From IMG/VR virus record IMGVR_UViG_3300021964_000036, positions 18,492 to 82,491 of that record: a stretch of 64,000 nucleotides of DNA; one strand, 5' to 3'. This DNA is from a virus. Below the pieces are notes generated by a model. That model was not told the origin of the DNA and made no database searches. It worked only from the letters and a program-made list of their open reading frames with translations. Position numbers and translations under genes: made by a program. Below are positions 56,021 through 64,000 of this stretch, piece after piece. Each line of letters starts with the position of its first letter. The stretch's first letter is position 1.

Positions 56021-57410
56021 TTATACCCACTTTGATAAAAGACAGCTACTTTCCTCCGCCGTTTTAGGATTTGAATTCGAATTCTTTTCTGAAATGGTGA
56101 GGGGAAGAATTGTCGAGTCTTTATCAAAGCTTTTGGGTAAGAAGGTTATTCTTTCAAACAAATATCATTCTAAGGATCCAGTAAATGCTGATACGTTTAA
56201 GTTAGAACCAGATTATTCTGGGGGTGGCAAAATGAACGAGCTAGTGACTGGCCCTCTTCCGTATGCTGAAGCTATCCCCGTCCTTATAAAAGTACTTAGG
56301 TGGATAGATGAAAATGGATGGACTACAGACAAATGTGCTTTCCAATTTTCTCTAAGTTTTGATAAAGGTGATAGATCTCTGAAAAGGATGGAAGAATTGG
56401 ACAGGCTTAAGTTTATTCTTGGTATAGATGAAGGTTTGATCTATTCTAAATTTGGCAACAGGAAAAATAACGTTTATGCCAGATCCATAAAAAAAATAGT
56501 TCCTAGAAATAGATTTTCGATTTTAGAGAATGTATCACATATAGATCCAAAACTTTTTAAGATTCCTGAGGAAAAATATTACGGGGCAAACTTTAGCAAA
56601 ATACCAAAGGGGTATGTTGAGATAAGGTATCTTGGTGGACGAGACTATCAGAAGAAAATTGGTGCAATAAGGGATGTGATAGATTATGTAATTCTTTATA
56701 CACACGATATACTTTCTGGCAGGTCAGTTTATGACAAAAACGATCTTGAGAACCTTAGGAAAATGATGAAGGAATATACTAAGGTTGTTAGAAGTTTTTC
56801 TAACCCAGAGAGCTTTTTTACTAACTTTCCAGATTTTCACCTTCTTGTAGATCTTAAGGGATATGAGGAAAATATTAAAACATATTTTCCGTATATCAGG
56901 GAAAAGATTTTTGATTTGATTGTTGAGGGTAATGTTAGAAGTGGATTTTTCAACTATGATACCACAAATGGCAGATTCCAGCTTAAGGATGCTAAAATAA
57001 AGAATGCATCGTTCCTAGATAACATGGACCTTGTGAACTGTAAAATAAGGTCTGCTAAACTAGATAATTGTAGAATATTTGGCTGTGATATTAGAAACAG
57101 TGAAATCTCCAATTCTGAAATAACGAATGTTAATAAGGTAGAAAAATCTAAACTTAAAAACTGTAGTGCGGACTATGGTAATAAACTCATTGAATGCTAT
57201 ATTGATTGTCCGGAAAAGATGATTGATTGTGAAGTTACTGGTGGCGTGCTTAGAAAAGCAGACTTAGGTAGGAATGCACAAGTTAGCAAGGAAACTGAAA
57301 AAGCGAAAGACTTTAACGAAATAAGAAATGGTAGGTTCATAACAGATTCTAGGCTTAAGAATTTAAATGACCCAATTTCTAGGATAAAGTTTAAAAATCA
57401 GAACTACTAA
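56013..57410 (+). CDS. putative amidoligase (COOH-NH2 ligase fold) with C-terminal beta-helix-like repeats
   Basis: GFEFEF, D.S, ELVT.P, KY...N, VEIRY; C-terminal I.N(S/C).I repeats. Confidence 0.65.
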   Translation: MSNYTHFDKRQLLSSAVLGFEFEFFSEMVRGRIVESLSKLLGKKVILSNKYHSKDPVNADTFKLEPDYSGGGKMNELVTGPLPYAEAIPVLIKVLRWIDENGWTTDKCAFQFSLSFDKGDRSLKRMEELDRLKFILGIDEGLIYSKFGNRKNNVYARSIKKIVPRNRFSILENVSHIDPKLFKIPEEKYYGANFSKIPKGYVEIRYLGGRDYQKKIGAIRDVIDYVILYTHDILSGRSVYDKNDLENLRKMMKEYTKVVRSFSNPESFFTNFPDFHLLVDLKGYEENIKTYFPYIREKIFDLIVEGNVRSGFFNYDTTNGRFQLKDAKIKNASFLDNMDLVNCKIRSAKLDNCRIFGCDIRNSEISNSEITNVNKVEKSKLKNCSADYGNKLIECYIDCPEKMIDCEVTGGVLRKADLGRNAQVSKETEKAKDFNEIRNGRFITDSRLKNLNDPISRIKFKNQNY

Positions 57411-57411
57411 A

Positions 57412-58188
57412 ATGACTTTAGAAGAATTAGTACAGGAAATAAAGGACGATCTATCAGCAAGTTGTTCTTTGCCTTATAATTTGAATGATGATGAGATTCA
57501 TAGGATTATAAGAAGGGCAAAGTTGTATATGTATGACAACTACCAATATGCTGCAGAAGAAAGGGTCTTCGTCCTGGCTAACAATCTTTTTGGTCATGAG
57601 GAGTTTAGGAGAACCCGACAAATAAAGCTTCCTGAAAAAATAGTAAGTGTTTATGATGTTAGGGAGGTAAACGGAATGGGAATAGCAGGAACCCCGGATA
57701 GAGATTTTGGAGATTCTAAGTTGCTTGGGTCTGAGCTGTTACTATCACCCTTTACTGGAGATAACCTAGTTTATAGGACGGTGATGTATTCTTACTTTGA
57801 CCTTGCACAAGCTTATTTGCTACCAACATTTGCCTTTAAATTCAATAAGAATAATAAGAAGCTTACAATATTGGGAAGAGATCCAAATAGATCTGGGTCT
57901 GGTGGAGTTGGTACTGGCTACAACCAAAATGGAATGGATGTTGCAGTAAGATGCTTCATAGCTATTGATGATTATGAGCTATACGATGACGAGTTATTTG
58001 TAAGGTATTGCTTAGCTAAGTCTAAAATATCACTTTCAAGGGTACTTAGTGCATTTGATTATAACCTACCTGGTGGGGTAAGAGTAAACACATCAGAACT
58101 TAGGTCTGATGGTGAAAGAGAACTCCAAGAAGTGATGGATATGATCAACGGAGAGAACACTCCTTCCTATTTCTTACAGTGGAACTAA
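57412..58188 (+). CDS. neck protein (T4 gp13-like)
   Basis: Y.LA..K......F.Y.LPGGV.VN......G..E motif. Confidence 0.7.
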   Translation: MTLEELVQEIKDDLSASCSLPYNLNDDEIHRIIRRAKLYMYDNYQYAAEERVFVLANNLFGHEEFRRTRQIKLPEKIVSVYDVREVNGMGIAGTPDRDFGDSKLLGSELLLSPFTGDNLVYRTVMYSYFDLAQAYLLPTFAFKFNKNNKKLTILGRDPNRSGSGGVGTGYNQNGMDVAVRCFIAIDDYELYDDELFVRYCLAKSKISLSRVLSAFDYNLPGGVRVNTSELRSDGERELQEVMDMINGENTPSYFLQWN

Positions 58189-58192
58189 TCTT

Positions 58193-58222
58193 GATATATA
58201 TGGGGAATTAAAATTTCCCATG
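58193..58222 (+). promoter_or_regulatory. late promoter GATATATA plus hairpin occluding the start codon
   Basis: ATGGGGAA / TTTCCCAT stem includes the AT of ATG 58220. Confidence 0.6.
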
Positions 58223-58591
58223 ATAGAGATTTATAACAGAGATCCGTCGGACCCAAATTACAAAGAGAACATTGTTGAGATAACTCAACCGGTCGAGATT
58301 TGTGTTGGCCAACTTAAAATGCTTTTGTTAACAAACAAGGGTGAGGTTTTAGGGGATCCTAAATTTGGTTTGAATTTGGAGGATCTTGTTTTTAGCTTAG
58401 AACTTTCAGAGAAAACATTAAGGGATGAGATTGACAAGGGTTTACGATTTTATGTACCCTTATTTGCTCAGTTAGGTGGATATTTTGATTTGAAATTTTA
58501 TCAGGGAACTGAAAGGGATATTTGTTTGCTTGACTTCTATATTCCTTCGTCAGGGAATGAAAGCCCAACAATATCATTGAAAGTAAGTTAA
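58220..58591 (+). CDS. gp25: baseplate wedge subunit, gp25-like
   Basis: LLLTNKGEVLGDPKFG.NL..LVF. Confidence 0.82.
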   Translation: MIEIYNRDPSDPNYKENIVEITQPVEICVGQLKMLLLTNKGEVLGDPKFGLNLEDLVFSLELSEKTLRDEIDKGLRFYVPLFAQLGGYFDLKFYQGTERDICLLDFYIPSSGNESPTISLKVS

Positions 58592-58595
58592 CAAG

Positions 58596-60371
58596 ATGGC
58601 TAATAATATTTTTAGGAAGAATAACATTCTAATAAAGGGTCTTTTGTCAGATTCTTTTGAATTCCTGCAAAGGACATACAACCAAACAAGAAATGTCTTT
58701 ACAGTTTCTTCTGCTTGGGGTCAAATACTTTTTGTATTAGAAAACTTATCACAGCTTATCCTCTATTTTATCGAGGATTCCATTACAGAGCTAAACATGC
58801 AAGAAGCAACCAGAAGCTACTCAATTAAAAGTTTAGCTAGAATTGCTGGATACGATCCAGCTAGAGGTATGTCTGCTCAGGGAGAAGCATCAGTAGCATG
58901 GAACCTTAGGGAAGACGATGCTGGCGGAGGAGCAGTTATTTTGAGTAACAACCCAAAATTACAAAGTATTCAAAATGGATTACCATATACTCTTATATTA
59001 AATTCCCCATCTATAAAGATTCCGCTGGCCAGGGGAAGATCATTTAACTTTAAGATAGTTCAGGGTTCGTTTTCGTCCACCTCGTTTACCGGAACTGGAA
59101 GGTCCTTACAAAGTTTTAATCTACCGTCAAAAGCTGGTGCTTATATCGATCAATTTTATGTAAATGTATACATAAATGGGTCTCCATGGGAAAGATATGA
59201 ATCTCTTTATGACATTCCTTATGAGGCTGAAGGTTATTTAGTAAAGACAGGTATTGGCGAGGGGATTGACATATACTTTGGTAATTCAAACTTCGGAAAA
59301 ATCCCTCAAGCAGGAAGTATAATAACTGTTGAGTATCTACAAACCTCCGGTTTTAGCGGAAATCTTCAGTCGAGATCTGATTCAACTTTAACCTATAAAT
59401 TCTTAGATAGCGGGACTGACCTTTTCGGCAATGATGTTAACTTAAATAACTATCTGAGTGTCACTGGGGTTTTGGATCCTAGTTTTGGTGCTGATCCAGA
59501 GCCAGTAGAACTTACTAGATTAGTTGCACCTAAAACAAGTAGGTCGTATGTCTTTGCAAATGCGGAAAATTACGAGATCTACTTGCAAAAGCTAAATATA
59601 TTTTCTCAAATTCAGGCATTCTCAACTTTCGACGATGAATACCTGGATGACGATAACGTTGTTTATATTTTCTTGGTACCCGATGTAACCATATCGATGA
59701 CATCGAACCAAGATTACTTTAACATCTCCCAGAGCCAATTTTTATTAACACAGTCTCAAAAGATTTCTTTGCTTGATTTAATAGAAGATTCTGGTAGAAT
59801 GATCGCAACAACTGTTGTTAAGATACTGGATGCTGAAATTAAAAGATATGTTGGTAACGTTTCAATGTCAATATTCGAAGGCTACGATCCAGAGGTTTTA
59901 AAAGACATTGTTAGAGAAAGGATCTCGGATTATATGCTAAATCTAAAAAGGCGGGATAGAATTCCAAAATCCGATATTATAGCTATTATAGAAGGAATAG
60001 ATGGTGTTGATTCGGTGGCATTCTCATTCGTAGGGGAGGCCAACGAGAGATACCACGAAACTGTCGACAACCTTTCAAATGCTTCTTCTGCACAACTAGA
60101 TCGTCAAATAGGACTTGATGATTTTGGTGACGTAATTATAGGAAGGGGCGAGTTAATACTTATGAGAGGTGGATGGACTGATAGATATGGTAACATTTAT
60201 GAGGAAGGCATCGTTCAAGGTAAGCCCTCTGCTTTAAATATTTCAATCACTAGCATTAACCCAAGAAATTTCTTGAATGAGCTTAATGCTAAAGCCAAAG
60301 AGAATATTGTAAACAGGGACAGAAATTCTGTTAGTTCTTCAATGTCAAATTCAACAACTTCAATGCGATGA
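58596..60371 (+). CDS. gp6: baseplate wedge subunit, gp6-like
   Basis: A....SI..LARIAGY.P, IYFGN..FGKIP..G..I.VEYL, FGADPE, ENYE. Confidence 0.82.
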   Translation: MANNIFRKNNILIKGLLSDSFEFLQRTYNQTRNVFTVSSAWGQILFVLENLSQLILYFIEDSITELNMQEATRSYSIKSLARIAGYDPARGMSAQGEASVAWNLREDDAGGGAVILSNNPKLQSIQNGLPYTLILNSPSIKIPLARGRSFNFKIVQGSFSSTSFTGTGRSLQSFNLPSKAGAYIDQFYVNVYINGSPWERYESLYDIPYEAEGYLVKTGIGEGIDIYFGNSNFGKIPQAGSIITVEYLQTSGFSGNLQSRSDSTLTYKFLDSGTDLFGNDVNLNNYLSVTGVLDPSFGADPEPVELTRLVAPKTSRSYVFANAENYEIYLQKLNIFSQIQAFSTFDDEYLDDDNVVYIFLVPDVTISMTSNQDYFNISQSQFLLTQSQKISLLDLIEDSGRMIATTVVKILDAEIKRYVGNVSMSIFEGYDPEVLKDIVRERISDYMLNLKRRDRIPKSDIIAIIEGIDGVDSVAFSFVGEANERYHETVDNLSNASSAQLDRQIGLDDFGDVIIGRGELILMRGGWTDRYGNIYEEGIVQGKPSALNISITSINPRNFLNELNAKAKENIVNRDRNSVSSSMSNSTTSMR

Positions 60372-60898
60372 GAAGAAGAAATTACACGCCATATTTACCC
60401 CCAGTAGAACAAGCTTACACAGTTAACGGCATTAAATTCAGAACCTACACCAGTGATTTTGAGACTGAAGATGACCTTTACAAATCAAAAGATGAAGCAG
60501 AGGAAAGAGCATATAATATAGGTTGTGCTGGATACCGAAAAGTTATAACGGATGCACTGGGAAGTCAGCTTTATGGCCCTTGTTCGGACTTGAATACATA
60601 TACAAATATTACAAAGAGTATTAAACCAAATTCGATGTCTAGAAAATATTATCAATTTGATCCTACTGAGAATATTTACGATGTTAGGGACTCGATAAAC
60701 GATACAGCAAAAAGTGGGTTTGATTATAAGAACCAAATTTTTGAAAAGACTCTTTCAAACGTGATGTTCAGGGATCCTCAAAAAACCGCAATTCTTGCTA
60801 ATATGCAGAGGGTAGTTTTTGCTTTAATCGAATCTGTGAAGCAGATAAAGAATTTCTTTAACTATACGGTTCCATTTAATAATAAAAGGGTATTCTAA
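60368..60898 (+). CDS. hypothetical baseplate-region protein
   Basis: ATGA overlap with the gp6-like gene. Confidence 0.6.
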   Translation: MRRRNYTPYLPPVEQAYTVNGIKFRTYTSDFETEDDLYKSKDEAEERAYNIGCAGYRKVITDALGSQLYGPCSDLNTYTNITKSIKPNSMSRKYYQFDPTENIYDVRDSINDTAKSGFDYKNQIFEKTLSNVMFRDPQKTAILANMQRVVFALIESVKQIKNFFNYTVPFNNKRVF

Positions 60899-60901
60899 AA
60901 A

Positions 60902-63900
60902 ATGGCTAACAGGCATTTAAAATTTTATAATAAACAAGGAAATCCTTTAAACTTTGAGTACATTGGAGCAAATGCTGAAGTTCCATTAACTTACACGTTT
61001 AATTACGAAACAGCATCAGGAAGTGTTGCCCCGATTGATGGAAAAATATCTTTCATAGATATTTCAAGTAATATTATTTACTTGAATGTTCTGGACATGA
61101 ACGGGTTTAATATCAGTAATTGGGCACAGAGTGTTAATCAAAATATACAAAAAGGTGCTAAGATAAAAATTAAGTTTAGCATCCAACCAGCCAATGTAGT
61201 TGTCGCTACAATATCTTCGACTTCTATTGCTTCCGGAATTGTAACTTTGAACCTTAGTGGATTTACTGGGCCTACTGCAATATCCAACAGTAATATAGTA
61301 TATTGTGAAACACTACCCCAAGATCTGCCAGGGGGTCATTTCAGTGGAAGTATGTTCTTCGAACCTGTTTCTTCGGGTCTGTATGAGAATGAACAAATAT
61401 TCGTTCTTCAGGAGTTCAAGGATTCTGTAAGTGGATCTAATTTTGTTGGGTTCCCGCATACTACAGCTACTGGAGCAACTGCTTCCCCCCTATGGAGATC
61501 AAGGTGGGAAAATGACTCATATGGTGATGTAGATGTTTCCAACATCATATTTACTTATAAGATAACTGAAAATGATCCGGATCTTTCGGGAGATCCTACG
61601 ATCACTAATTATCAGAATATTGCATTTGAGGTCATAAAAAACCCCTTGGATTCATATTCCAATGGGTATGTTTCCACCCCAGAGGTTTCAACTCCATCAA
61701 GAGCTTTACAGGTAAATGTTGCTATTAATGCTCCAGATCAAGGAGCAGAGGTTTATCAGAGGAAGCTGATCCTAGAAGACATAACTTCTGGTACCCCAGA
61801 AAAAGTTGCTGAAATTGAATTCTATGGACAAATAGTGGGGTCCGATGAAAGGCTTGATGTCTTAACTAGAAATCTTGGACGTGCTTTTGTTGGGGAGGAT
61901 TCTACAATACTTCGAAATCATGATCCTAATGAACCACTTCCCGACTATATTGAAATTAATGAGAAGAGGAAGGAGCTTATGGTTGCTGGGGAGGAGATTT
62001 TCCCTTACATAGGAAGTTATAAAGGTCTTATTGGTGCTCTTAAGTTTTTTGGCTATCAGGACTTAAGAATTAAAGAATACTGGCTCAATCTAAATTACCA
62101 AAGAGTAAACCTTACCCCACTTCAGGAGAATCAGATATTCTTAGATAATTACAATAATACTAAGACTCCAAACCAAACGGTTTTAATAGCGGATGTCTTA
62201 GATAATGAAAACACTGGAAAGTATAGGCTAGAGCAAACATATGGACCCAATTCTGATGGTGAATATGTGCTTGATGTTTCTTCTGAGAACACTCTAGTTC
62301 CTTCAAGAACTTACAAAAAAACATCACTCTTCGGTCTTTATTACGATATAAATACAACCTCCTCTACTGTTGATCCGTATGGATATCCAGTAACTCCGGA
62401 AGCTTTTTCTTTTACCCAGGAGGAGGTACTTGTTAAACTTTTTGCCCTTAAGCAAAGATTGAAGGAAAGCTATCTTCCGCTAAACGCAAGAATTGTAGAC
62501 ATTACTGGTGAGGGGGTATATTATAATGTTTATAACACAAAAGCTTGGACAGATACACTTGAAAGAGACGAGATAGATTCTGGAAATAATATTAAGTTTA
62601 TTTCCAACCCAGATTTTGGGTTTATAGAAGATCTTAGAGCATTTGGTATAAGAACTGACGCTAAGTCTATCCAAGCCCCTATGAACTACAATAATGTGGT
62701 TGACATAGATGTGCAAGTTATAGGACCTTCCGGAGATGCTTTTAGGTTCTCCACAACAAATACGTTAAACCCAACCATCTCGATACAAAGAGGTAAGGAA
62801 TACAATTTCAATCTGATTACAAGTGGATTTGATCTTTACTTTACTACGGATGCTTCTTTAGCTCAGGTAGATCCTGTTGGAGTTTCAAATAATGGTGCAA
62901 CAGGTGGTGTTGTTAGTATAGATGTTAATCCTAATGCAACAGGACCATATTACTACTATTCTTCTATCAACCCTTCTAAGATGAATGGATCGGTGATAAT
63001 TACGGATTCTCCGGTTTCTGATTTTGGTAATGTAGTTAAGCCCCTTCATAATAACCAAAGGTATACCGCAAGTCAAAATGCAAGCCTTTTAACTGCTATT
63101 TCTAATTTCTACACCAAGAAAATGAATGGTGAGATTAAGAATCTTGGCGATAATATTTCGACGTCATTACCGGTTGAAGATTGTGGCGTTGATATAGGAA
63201 TGCCTGTGGTTCTTGAATTGCTTCCTGACACTTGGGATTGGGATGAAATGGGCATGTCTTGGGATTCCTTAGAGCTTCCTGCTTTTACTTTGAGTGATAG
63301 TAGGTCACTTACTTGGAGAACAATAGATTTCTCAGCTTATAACGAGATAGAATGGGTAATAAACAAGTCCCAAAACCAGGTTGGTTCTGGTTATAATTTT
63401 TCATATAGGGGCTATGCAGTTGATTTTTATAAGTTAGCTCACTTTTTACCATATACCGGCGAGTATGATGTTACCTGTTATCTCTATGATGCTTTTAACT
63501 TTAAGAATAGGAAGATCGTTAAATCCTCAATCACAGTTTCCCCTAGGACAACATTGTTGGATGGGTGGACAAGGTATAGAGAGAATGAAAAATATTCTTG
63601 GGATTTAACCATAAGAGATTGGAATAGCTATGATTCTATCTGGGAATATCCAGCGGAAGGCAAAACTGAGAGCGAACTTAAAAGGGAGATTCCGGAACAG
63701 ATTTTAGATTTTGCTGTTTATGGCAACAATGCAATAGATGGTCAGATATTTAAGGTTGGTAGAGATGTACCTTCAGTTGGTGCGTCTGGTGATATCAAGA
63801 TAACTCAAACCATATTAGATGTTTCTAAAGTTTATTCCCTTCTCATCTCTGGAAGCCAATATGGATTTGCTAACGTATTTACAACCCAGCCGCACAACTT

Positions 63901-64000
63901 TATTGATGGCTCTGATGTTTTCATTACTGGCAGTATAGATGATCTCAACAAGTCGTGGAAAATAACTATACCTCCAGGATCAACTGGGTATTCTTTCCAA
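60902..64000 (+). CDS. large baseplate wedge/structural protein (gp7-like), 3'-truncated by the window
   Basis: ATG at 60902 (MANRHLKFYNKQGNPLNF...); absent from the ORF track, consistent with no stop before the window end; contains PYIGSYKGLIGALKFFGY..L.IKEYW. Confidence 0.7.
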   Translation, partial: MANRHLKFYNKQGNPLNFEYIGANAEVPLTYTFNYETASGSVAPIDGKISFIDISSNIIYLNVLDMNGFNISNWAQSVNQNIQKGAKIKIKFSIQPANVVVATISSTSIASGIVTLNLSGFTGPTAISNSNIVYCETLPQDLPGGHFSGSMFFEPVSSGLYENEQIFVLQEFKDSVSGSNFVGFPHTTATGATASPLWRSRWENDSYGDVDVSNIIFTYKITENDPDLSGDPTITNYQNIAFEVIKNPLDSYSNGYVSTPEVSTPSRALQVNVAINAPDQGAEVYQRKLILEDITSGTPEKVAEIEFYGQIVGSDERLDVLTRNLGRAFVGEDSTILRNHDPNEPLPDYIEINEKRKELMVAGEEIFPYIGSYKGLIGALKFFGYQDLRIKEYWLNLNYQRVNLTPLQENQIFLDNYNNTKTPNQTVLIADVLDNENTGKYRLEQTYGPNSDGEYVLDVSSENTLVPSRTYKKTSLFGLYYDINTTSSTVDPYGYPVTPEAFSFTQEEVLVKLFALKQRLKESYLPLNARIVDITGEGVYYNVYNTKAWTDTLERDEIDSGNNIKFISNPDFGFIEDLRAFGIRTDAKSIQAPMNYNNVVDIDVQVIGPSGDAFRFSTTNTLNPTISIQRGKEYNFNLITSGFDLYFTTDASLAQVDPVGVSNNGATGGVVSIDVNPNATGPYYYYSSINPSKMNGSVIITDSPVSDFGNVVKPLHNNQRYTASQNASLLTAISNFYTKKMNGEIKNLGDNISTSLPVEDCGVDIGMPVVLELLPDTWDWDEMGMSWDSLELPAFTLSDSRSLTWRTIDFSAYNEIEWVINKSQNQVGSGYNFSYRGYAVDFYKLAHFLPYTGEYDVTCYLYDAFNFKNRKIVKSSITVSPRTTLLDGWTRYRENEKYSWDLTIRDWNSYDSIWEYPAEGKTESELKREIPEQILDFAVYGNNAIDGQIFKVGRDVPSVGASGDIKITQTILDVSKVYSLLISGSQYGFANVFTTQPHNFIDGSDVFITGSIDDLNKSWKITIPPGSTGYSFQ

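Noticed and set aside
1-64000. Alternative genetic code (TAG/TGA recoding as in some jumbo phages)
   Set aside because: Conserved genes are full length under code 11, and TAG/TGA stops fall at real gene ends with coupled downstream starts.
1-64000. Short minus-strand and alternate-frame ORFs in the track (60-165 aa)
   Set aside because: They lie within well-supported + strand genes and show no motifs; only 40658..41386 occupies its own space.
1-64000. tRNA, rRNA, intron or intein
   Set aside because: Intergenic gaps are short and I saw no cloverleaf or splicing motifs; core genes have normal lengths. A tRNAscan/Infernal run would be decisive.

Overview
This 64 kb window is a gene-dense, AT-rich segment of a large T4-like (contractile-tailed, probably jumbo) bacteriophage genome. 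It uses the standard genetic code and is almost entirely + strand. Bacteroidota-type TAnnTTTG promoters, A-rich starts without Shine-Dalgarno sequences, and Bacteroidota-like genes suggest a Bacteroidota host (inference). Head genes: gp4-like, gp2-like, two tandem gp20-like portals, a gp21 protease-scaffold fusion, and the gp23 capsid. Replication and repair genes: ATP-dependent ligase, clamp loader, RNase H-like exonuclease, a NEIL1-like glycosylase, a degenerate UvsE and a PolB-type exonuclease. Also present are nucleotide and sugar enzymes (dCMP deaminase, Gmk, RfaE heptose kinase, AsnB, glycosyltransferases, NUDIX), an S1-like protein, an amidoligase, and a baseplate/neck module. Main signals beyond the ORF track: (1) three promoter classes arranged as a sigma cascade, host sigma to phage ECF sigma (GAAAC-N16/17-CTAwAA) to gp55-like late sigma (GATATATA); (2) late promoters set inside RNA hairpins; (3) about 10 late proteins with T4-like capsid-targeting/protease-cleavage leaders; (4) a probable -1 frameshift or slippage extension at 9186-9374; (5) a nested scaffold gene with its own promoter; (6) duplicated portals. 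All product calls come from motif recognition by eye; no database searches were run.
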